NCBI GenBank assembly: GCA_035221665.1
Contig: CM069149.1
Location: 19,964,001-20,028,000, forward strand
Direction: 5' to 3'
DNA from: Okamejei kenojei
Lineage: Eukaryota
Length of the DNA stretch: 64,000 nt
In this document: piece by piece, positions 51,670 to 60,365 of the stretch
Numbering within the stretch: the first letter of the stretch is position 1
How the letters are laid out: each line of letters opens with the position of its first letter
The notes under the pieces: model-generated
What the model saw: the letters and a program-made list of their open reading frames with translations, nothing else
The model's database searches: none
What the model was told of the DNA's origin: nothing
Position numbers and translations under genes: made by a program

Positions 51670-51884
51670 AGGCGGACGATGCGGCCGGGCAGCGGGTGAG
51701 GCAGACGGCCGAGCTTGCAGCGGCTGCAGTCCAGCAGCTCAGCCCGGCACGAGCAGCAGGGCGGGCAGGCGCGAGGCGGCTCCGGGGCAACGGCGGCCGG
51801 GGTCGGCGCGCAGAGCGGAGCGAGCGCCGCGCCGAGCAGCAGCAGCAGGGTCGAGCTCAACGGCCACCTCCGCGTCCAAGGCAT
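51670..51884 (-). CDS. LRIG3: LRIG3 coding exon 1 (signal peptide + LRRNT)
   Basis: ATG at 51884; MPWTRRWPLSSTLLLLLGAALAPL...CPPCCSCRAELLDCSRCKLGRLPHPLP; hydrophobic leader and Cys cap; donor GTGAGT at 51669-51664; lies in a CpG island. Confidence 0.9.
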
Positions 51885-52380
51885 CCTTCGCTTCTCCCTT
51901 CTTGCTTTCCCTCACCCTCACCCCCGCCCCCACCACCTTAGTTTTCTTTATGAGAGTTTTTCACTCGCTCCTCCACCACCGTTCAAACTACGAATTCTCG
52001 TCACCAAATATCTTGTTCGCAAGAAAAAAATGAAAGGCTATCGGCGAAACACGATGGTGGTTGGTAAGTCCTGAACTCTTGATAAATCCCAGTCAGCTAT
52101 CGATTTGTCGCAGTTACGGACACGACCACGTACGACGCCTTGCAGCGAGAACAAACCGTCCTTCGCGGCTCCCGCCTCCTCCCCCTCCGCGGCTCCCGCC
52201 TCCTCCCCCTCCGCGGCTCCCTCCCGCCCTCGCTCCCTCCCCCATTGGGCCGCGCTCATTCCCACGTGACCGTCCCGCCAGGTGCATGCTGGTATTAGTA
52301 GTTGCAGCGGCGGGCGGGCTTGCCCCGTGCCGCCATGGCGTGTGCCGACAGGACTACAGTTCCCAGGCCGCATTGCGCGG
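51670..52380 (-). promoter_or_regulatory. CpG island: LRIG3 promoter and 5' UTR
   Basis: GC/CpG-rich block in an AT-rich window; GC boxes in a 24-bp tandem repeat (52164-52224); CCAAT on minus strand near 52245; GTCACGTG E-box (CACGTG at 52263-52268); ACTACAGTTCCCAG motif at 52353. Confidence 0.8.
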
Positions 52381-52695
52381 TCATGCATGCATGCATGCAT
52401 GTATGCAAAGGGTAGGTGCTATGAAGGATGCAATACCTGGGTGAGGGTTGTACGTGCAATTTATGATGACCTCAGTCTCCCTGAACGTTGAAATTATGAA
52501 GGGTCCACAGTGCACGCCCATACATGTATGTAAATGTAGGTGTCGTGAAGGGTGCAATACCTGGGTGAGGGTTGGAAGTACAGTTTGTGGTTACCCTACC
52601 CCTAACGTTGGAAGTTCTGACGGACACAATACCCGAGTGTTGGAAGTGTACTTTTTGGTTAACCACGCCCCTAAAGTTAGTAAATTGTAATAGAA

Positions 52696-52798
52696 GGTAC
52701 GCAAAAATGCTGGTGAAACTCAGCGGGTGCAGCAGCAGCATCTATGGAGCGAAGGAAATAGGCAACGTTTCGGGCCGAAACCCTTCTTTCCCTCCAAC
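52696..52798 (-). mobile_element. Penelope pLTR-derived insertion
   Basis: 14-bp TSD AAATTGTAATAGAA (52682-52695 / 52799-52812); core truncated at CUGA. Confidence 0.85.
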
Positions 52799-52853
52799 AA
52801 ATTGTAATAGAATGTCTAAAGAGGGGTGCCGACCTGAAACGGCACCTATCCAT

Positions 52854-53488
52854 GGTACACAAAAGGCTGGAGAAACTCAGCGGGTGCAGCAGCATCTAAG
52901 GAGCGAAGGAGATAGGCGACGTTTCGGGTCGAGACCCTTCTTCAGACTGGTCAGGGATCAGGGAAACGAGAGATATAGACGGTGATGTGGAGAGATAAAG
53001 AACAATGAATGAAATATATGCAAAAAAAGTATCGATGGTAAAGGGAACAAGCCATTGTAAGCCGTTTGTGGTGTGAAAATGAGAAGCTAGTGCGACTAGG
53101 GTGGGGGAGGGAGATAGAGAGAGAGGGAATGCCAGGGCCCGAGGGCTGAGGGAGAGGTGGGAAGGGGAGGAGAGTTAACAGAATTGAGAAACTTCAATGT
53201 TCAAGCCCGAAGGATGCAGACTTCCCAAGCGGAATATGAGGTGCTGTTCCTCCAACTTGCGGTGTTACTCACTCTGGCCGTGGAGGAGGCCCAGGACCGA
53301 GAGGTCGGATACAGAATGGGAGGGGGAGTTGAAGTGCTGAGCCACCGGGAGGTCGGGTTGGTTAATGCGGACCGAGCGGAGGTGTTCGGCGAAACGATCG
53401 CCAAGCCTCCGCTTGGTCTCACCGATATAGATCATCTGGCATCTGGAGCAGCGGATGCAGTAGATGAGGTTGGAGGAGGTGCAGGTGA
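52854..53488 (-). mobile_element. 5'-truncated Penelope-like element (GIY-YIG endonuclease + pLTR with hammerhead-like core)
   Basis: FTCTSSNLIYCIRCSRCQMIYIGETKRRLGDRFAEHLRSVRINQPDLPVAQHFNSPSH (GIY-YIG); minus-strand CTGAAGAAGGGTCTCGACCCGAAACGTC at 52945-52918; 10-bp TSD ACCTATCCAT; nested in an older opposite-strand pLTR (52813-52853, 53499-53552). Confidence 0.92.
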
Positions 53489-54619
53489 ACCTATCCATAT
53501 TCTCCAGAGATGCTGCCTGACCCACTGAGTTACTCCAGTACTTTGTATCCTCCGTGGTGTTCATTCACAAAACATACTCGTTTTACTGGTGCCTTGCATC
53601 TTTACGTGTCTCTTTGCACGTTTGTTAGCTCTGGATTGTTCAATGTTACGATTTATTTTCCTCGTCCTCTTTGATGCTGCAACTGGTTGTGGAACTGTAC
53701 CCATTAAGAGTTAGCACCTTCAAGTGGTGCAGAGGAAATTAGAAATTAAAAGCCAATCATCACAAATGATTCATGTTTGAGTTACAATTTGCACCTTCTT
53801 GATAGGATGCGAGAAATAAAACAAACATTTGCTCTCTTATAAGATTGCATAATATGTAGAAACAAGAGGTGCAAGGTAAAGCAAATATATGTCTGTTTTA
53901 CTTTCGCATATATTCTCATAAGTAAACAACTTTGTATTTGCTTTTTCTCTTAACCATACACGTTTTATTCAGAAACCTCAATAATTGTTCAAAGTTCGCA
54001 TTTCATGTCTGTTTTGCAATGCGGTTTATGTGGATTTGCGATCTGTTATGCTTTACTAACAATTAATTCATGAATAATTAATGTGTCCTTGCTACAGTAC
54101 AAACGCACTACGAAAAAAAATCAGCACATTTTTTTTCTCAGACATTACGTTTCTAATTGTTTTGAACATTGTATCCCTGCCTCTCGCCTCCCACCGTGTC
54201 TCAGTTGGTAATGGAAACATGCCGTTGAGAAAACATTGAACAAAATGTCCAACTGTGTTCATGGTCTGCTGAGTTTCCTCGGCGGGGTTCTACATTTAAC
54301 TTTGGAGTTCCCGGGTTAGAGTAATGAAAATCCTTCGCCTCCTGGGTGACTTCCATACTAGGGAGTGCTAATAACAGCTGAAGATGAGATCGGCCTGAAG
54401 ATGATTTCCATTCACCCTGCCCCCACCAATTCGCACATCGCACCACCAGACGCTCCATCACCCCCAAGTTAAAATATCTTTCTCTTTTCGAAGTGGTTTC
54501 GAGGGGTCACGCATGCCTTACTTTCAAACCCGTTCCGAGACCAGTGTGGGATGCACGGATTCTATAGTAGGTAGAACAGGAAATATTTATAGAGTTATAA
54601 GAAAACAAACTGGTGGAGG

Positions 54620-55020
54620 ACGAAACAAAGTGCTAGAGTAGCTCCGCGGGTCAGGCAGCATCCCAGGAGAACATGGATTGGTGAAATTTCGATGGGAACG
54701 CTTCTTCCGACTGATTTTAGGGGAGAGAGAGATAGCAGGGAGAGGTGGTGGGGGGCGGGGGGGGGGGGGGGGGGGGGGGGGTGCAGGTTAAAGCCTGGCA
54801 GGGAATAGGTTGATACAGATGCAGAGGGTTTTTGATAGGCAGGTGGTTGGACAAAGGCCAGATACGAAAAGACAGGTGTGAGGCAAAAGGATTAAAGAAT
54901 TGCGAAGCTAAAGGAAGAGAGAGGGGGGAGGGGAGGAAGAAATAGGTGCGACCACAGGGGGGCTGACGGAGAGGGTACATGGGGAAGAGGGGGAGGGTTT
55001 TTGTAGTTACCTAAAATTGG
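54620..55020 (-). mobile_element. Penelope-like element 3' region and pLTR (degenerate)
   Basis: Family signature at 54624-54715 followed by the purine-rich 3' region and TTACCTAAAATTGG end of ORF. Confidence 0.7.
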
Positions 55021-55042
55021 AACATTTAAAGATGGAAATAAA

Positions 55043-55248
55043 TGGAGGAACTCAGTGGGTCAGACAGCATCTGTGATGGACAGACGAGATCAGGTCAGAA
55101 CCTTTCTCATGTCTATCTGAAGAAGGGTCCTGTCCTGAAACGCTGCTTGTCCATTTGCTCCCCAGATGCTACCTGACCTGCTGTGTTCCTCCAGCACTTT
55201 GCTTTTTATTCAATAATCCAACATTGCATCTGCATTCTCTTGTGTTTC
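55043..55248. repeat. Inverted pair of older-subfamily pLTR repeats
   Basis: TGGAGGAACTCAG...CAGCATCTG and CTGAAGAAGGGTCCTGTCCTGAAACGC...CAGATGCT...GTTCCTCCA. Confidence 0.75.
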
Positions 55249-55405
55249 TATGTTAATGGAATGGTGGTGAGGTGATCTTCCCATTGTTTTCTCGAGTTGT
55301 CAACAAAAGGACAACATTTTCAGTTCCCAAATACTCATCCATTTTGTGTGATCACACACTGAGTTGGCTTTCCATGAGTCAGCGAGTAACTGAATATAAG
55401 TATTA

Positions 55406-57066
55406 ACATAGAAACATAGAAACATAGAAATTAGGTGCAGGAGTAGGCCATTCAGCCCTTCGAGCCTGCACCGCCATTCAATATGATCATGGCTGATCAT
55501 CCAACTCAGTATCCCGTACCTGCCTTCTCTCCATACCCTCTGATCCCCTTAGCCACAAGGGCCACATCCAACTCACTCTTAAATATAGCCAATGAACTGG
55601 CCTCAACTACCCTCTGTGGCAGAGAGTTCCAGAGACTCACCACTCTCTGTGTGAAAAAAGTCTTTCTCATCTCGGTCTTAAAGGATTTCCCCCTTATCCT
55701 TAAGCTGTGACCCCTTGTCCTGGACTTCCCCAACATCGGGAACAATCTTCCTGCATCTAGCCTGTCCAACCCCTTAAGAATTTTGTAAGTTTCTATAAGA
55801 TCCCCTCTCAATCTCCTAAATTCCAGAGAGTATAAACCGAGTCTATCCAGTCTTTCTTCATAAGACAGTCCTGACATCCCAGGAATCAGTCTGGTGAACC
55901 TTCTCTGCACTCCCTCTATGGCAATAATGTCCTTCCTCAGATTTGGAGACCAAAACTGTACGCAATACTCCAGGTGTGGTCTCACCAAGACCCTGTACAA
56001 CTGAAGTAGAACCTCCCTGCTCCTGTACTCAAATCCTTTTGCTATGAAAGCTAACATACCATTCGCTTTTTTCACTGCCTGCTGCACCTGCATGCCTACT
56101 TTCAATGACTGGTGTACCATGACACCCAGGTCTCGCTGCATCTCCCCTTTTCCTAATCGGCCACCATTTAAATAATAGTCTGCTTTCCTGTTTTTGCCAC
56201 CAAAGTGGATAACCTCACATTTATCCACATTATACTGCATCTGCCAAACATTTGCCCACTCACCCAGTCTATCCAAGTCACCTTGCAGTCTCCTAGCATC
56301 CTCCTCACAGCGAACACTGCCCCCCAGCTTAGTGTCATCCGCAAACTTGGAGATATTGCCTTCAATTCCCTCATCCAGATCATTAATATATATTGTAAAC
56401 AGCTGGGGTCCCAGCACTGAGCCCTGCGGTACCCCACTAGTTACTGCCTGCCATTGTGAAAAGGACCCGTTTACTCCTACTCTTTGCTTCCTGTTTGCCA
56501 GCCAGTTCTCTATCCACATCAATACTGAACCCCTAATACCGTATGCTTTAAGTTTGTATACTAATCTCTTATGTGGGACCTTGTCGAAAGCCTTCTGGAA
56601 GTCCAGATATACCACATCCACTGGTTCTCCCTTATCCACGCTACTAGTTACATCCTCGAAAAATTCCACAAGATTCGTCAGACATGATTTACCTTTTGTA
56701 AATCCATGCTGACTTTGTCCAATGATTTCACCACTTTCCAAATGTGCTGCTATCCCATCTTTAATAACTGACTCTAGCAGTTTCCCCACTACCGATGTTA
56801 GACTAACTGGTCTGTAATTCCCCGTTTTCTCTCTCCCTCCCTTCTTAAAAAGAGGGGTTACATTTGCTACCCGCCAATCCTCAGGAACTACTCCAGAATC
56901 TAAAGAGTTTTGAAAGATTATCACTAATGCATCCACTATTTCCTGAGCTACTTCCTTAAGTACTCTGGGATGCAGCCTATCTGGCCCTGGTGATTTATTG
57001 GCCTTTAATCTATTCAATTTACCCAACACCACTTCCCGACTGACCTGGATTTCACTCAATTCCTCC
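55406..57066 (-). mobile_element. Young 5'-truncated CR1 LINE with uninterrupted RT ORF2 (55506-57059)
   Basis: 517-codon frame with NYRPVSLTSVVGK, QHGF, YLDFQKAFDKV, GVPQGSVLGP and FADDTKL motifs; no APE domain; (TTCTATGT)n 3' tail. Confidence 0.97.
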
Positions 57067-57254
57067 TTTGACCCTTTGACCTTAGGTGCAGGAGTTGATC
57101 ATTTAGTGCCTCGAGTCTACCTCCTCCACCGTTAAACAGAATCACGGCTCGCCCTCTACAGGGTCAATATAGGAGCATTCCCACTCTTCTGCCCAGTCCC
57201 AATGGACCTCAACCATTCATAATCTAAGTTAATAATGTGGATGAATGGACAAAG

Positions 57255-58055
57255 TGTCGTCAAGCCAAGTTTGCTGATGCTACAAAGAGCGGTGACTTTG
57301 CAAGTTAAAAGGAGCATACGAAGATTTTACAAAGGAACCATTGAATCGACAAGAATTTGGAGATGGAGTATAATATGAGAAAATGTGAGGTTGTCCAATT
57401 TGGAATGAAGAAAGAAAAAGTAAATTATATAAATACATTGAAACTTCAAAATGTTGCTGGTCAAAGGGATCTGTGTGTACATGAGATACAAGTTCACAGA
57501 ACAGGTAAAGTAATTGGGAATGCAATGCAATGTTGGCCTTCATTGCAAGGGATATAAGGCTTAGAAATAACAAGGTTTTGAAATTATTTCACAGGAAGCT
57601 GGTGAAGATATACCAGCTATTATGTATGAATGGAGTATTGTGTATAAATTAGTCCTCCCTATTTCATGAAGAATATACTTGCTTTGGAGGCAGCAGAAAG
57701 AAGATTCATGAGATTGATTCCTGCCATGAAAGAGTTGATGAATGAAGAAATATTAAGCTGATTGAACTTAAACTCATCACAATATAGAAAAAAAGAAAGA
57801 TGGTTTTATGAAAGCAAATAAAATTTGGAAGGAGATTGCTAGCATGGGAGAGTGTGTATTAAGAAGAGTTCAGACAGATGTTTCTTCTCAGAGCGAATAT
57901 TCAAGGCAGAATTGACAGACTTTCAAACTACAAGGAAGTCAAGTGATATAGGGAGAATAGAAAATTATGTTGAGGCCAAAATTTGATCAGTCATGATCTT
58001 CTGTATGGCAGGGCAACCTCGAGAGGTTAATTAGCCAACTGCTGCTCCTGTTACT
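57255..58055 (+). mobile_element. Old CR1 fragment
   Basis: AAGTTTGCTGATGCTACAAAG (KFAD.TK), MEYNMRKCEVVQFG, degenerate tail. Confidence 0.7.
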
Positions 58056-58829
58056 TATGGTAAGCAGATGTCACAGGTTCAAGTAGTTGACCGAACCAGA
58101 GGGGAAATGAGGAGAAATTGTCTTTCAATAAAAGCCCAATTAATCAGCCAGATTTGGCTGCTGCCAATTAATCGGGTTAGCCCAATGTCAACCCAGGAAC
58201 TTGGCATTGCCCAGATGTTGACCTGGGCACTCCCTCTGACTGTCCCTCCTTTGCCTGAGGTAATCCCTCTGAAATGGCAGTTGTTGGGGTGTGCTGGTTT
58301 GTGCAGACACAAATGATGAAGCCAATAGTGCGAATTAAAATATTCTGCCAAATAGCATAATGGAGGCAGACATTTATAACGTTTTTAAAAAAGTACATGA
58401 ATGCAATAGATGATTGAGAGGAATGAGTCCAATTGAATCCATTTGTAAAAATGTGAAAACATGGAGGATGTTAAATGGTTTCTTTTTGTGATTTACATGA
58501 AATCACTGAAAAACTGAGTAGAAGCTTACAATGCAGATTTGGAATCAAGTTCTGGCTTGCAGTAACCTGGGCTACAAAAATGGCCTTTTTTTCACAGTAA
58601 TATTGTTGCAGTATCATCACCATTTATATTGAGCAGCAGTTTCTTCACAGCTGAACAAACTCGAAAACACTAGTCTATATTGAGGAAAAAGTGAGTGGAT
58701 TAGCGATGGCCAAAGCCAAAAAAACACCCCAAATCTGTACATTGTCCAGAATTGGATTCCAAATGATTGAAATTTCCAGCTTCATTCTATTATAATTTCA
58801 GACCTAGATTTCAGTCAGCACTATTTTGG

Positions 58830-59472
58830 CTCAGGTGTAGAATTCTCACTTTGTAGATTGTTGGTTTAAGTTACCCTCCAGAGGCTTAAAGACAAAGTCT
58901 TGATGAATATTTCACGACTGTATTGAGCAAATGCTACACTGCCTTAGTTTAGTTTAGAGATACAGTGTTGAAACGGCCATTCGGCCCACCAAATCTGTGC
59001 AGACCATCGATCACCCGTACACTAGGTACAATTCATAGAAGCCAATTAACCTACAAATCTGTGCATCTTTGGAATGTGACTGAAACCAAAGAATCAGGAT
59101 AAAGCTCACTTGGTCACAGGGAGAACATACAAACTCTATACAGACAGCAAGATTGAACCTGGGTCTCTGGCAATGTAAGGCAGCAACTCTACCGCTATGC
59201 CACCACTGTGCCTATTTACTACACTGAAGATGTATCAGCATTATTAAGTAACACAATAATCCAAATGAAAAATAATTACTATTCTGCAACTGTTATCTGT
59301 GGCTAAAATTTAATATAAATTAAAATGTAAATCTGTTATCTGTTGCTGCTCATGGGACTTTGCAGTGTGTAAATTGGCTGATGCATTTCAAGAGATCTCA
59401 AAGGTATTCAATTGGTTGTAAAGCACTTTGGATGTCCTAGGCACATGTAAGATACAATTTAATTCAAGTCTT
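58830..59472 (+). mobile_element. Deu-SINE (SacSINE1-like) split by an HE1 SINE
   Basis: 3' part GGGACTTTGCAGTGTGTAAATTGGCTG...ATTGGTTGTAAAGCACTTTGG; interrupted at 58942-59218. Confidence 0.6.
58942..59218 (-). mobile_element. HE1/V-SINE
   Basis: (TTTAG)n tail, GGCCATTCGGCCCAC, V-domain, TGTAAGGCAGCAACTCTACCGCT head; CTACACTG duplicated at 58934-58941 / 59219-59226. Confidence 0.85.
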
Positions 59473-60096
59473 TTGTGTTGGTTTTTACATCTGTGGTACA
59501 TCTATGGTGTGTGGGAGTGGTCCACCCAAAGTGCCTTGGTGATCAATCCCTACTGATGTGGCAATTTCATTCTTCAAGCTATCTCTTGCAAAGTATAAAT
59601 TGATCTAATTGAAAATAACAATACACTCCTACTGAAATAATTTTACAACAAGTTGAATTATAAAAGGTTTTTTTTTAATGCCATTTATGATATTAGAAAA
59701 TGGTATACAAAAACCCATTTAAGTTCCCTCAATTAATTAAGAACATGGTATTTACCACAAACCTATTTACATCCTTCAGAGCCATACCATTCCTTGAAAA
59801 TAATGGATTAGCTGAATCTGTGCTAGGTTTAACCTGATACAGTTTTGGCAGCAGATATCCCAGTGTAAGTGTTGGGATTGGCACATTGTTGCTGGGCTCT
59901 ATGAGTCAGAATAACAGCAAGGAGTTTTATAATTTCCCATTCTAATTCCTATGAGAAGCACTTGGACGAGTTTTGAATTGTCAGTCTGGCCATGCCTCAA
60001 TGAACCTACATATTAGTATTTCATGTGAATAGTTTGTTATTGTTAACTATAAGAATACAGTCTCTAAAAAAAAGTTCCACAACTCACCAATGCTTC

Positions 60097-60365
60097 TTAG
60101 TTTAGTTTTTAGTTTGTACATACAGGGTGGAAACAGGCCCTTCGGCCCACTGAGTCAGCTCCAACGAATGATCTCGCACTATCCTACATGCTTGGGACAA
60201 TTTACAATTCTTACTGAAGCCAATTAATCTGCAAACCTTTAAGTTTTTTGGAATATGGGAAGAAACCGGAGCACTCGGAAAAAACCCACGTGGTCAGGGA
60301 GAGAACATACAAACTCAGTACTGGCATCACCCCTAGATCCTGGGTTTTGAACAACTGTGCCACCC
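60097..60365 (-). mobile_element. HE1/V-SINE
   Basis: TTTAG tail, GGAAACAGGCCCTTCGGCCCAC, GGGAAGAAACCGGAGCACTCGGAAAAAACCCACGTGGTCA V-domain. Confidence 0.85.

Noticed and set aside
245-51884. Assignment to LRIG1 or LRIG2
   Set aside because: [37 protein letters not shown] and the TFGK...RTP.FQ C-terminus fit LRIG3 best as recalled; a phylogeny would confirm
51389-52444. Long plus-strand ORFs (214, 126, 119, 127 aa) over exon 1 and the promoter
   Set aside because: Shadow ORFs of GC-rich, low-complexity sequence antisense to LRIG3; poly-Gly/Pro comes from homopolymers; no domain recognisable
55506-57059. 517-aa reverse transcriptase as a host gene or novel RT system
   Set aside because: Ordinary CR1 ORF2, 5'-truncated, non-ATG start, with the family's 3' tail; related copies occur elsewhere in the window
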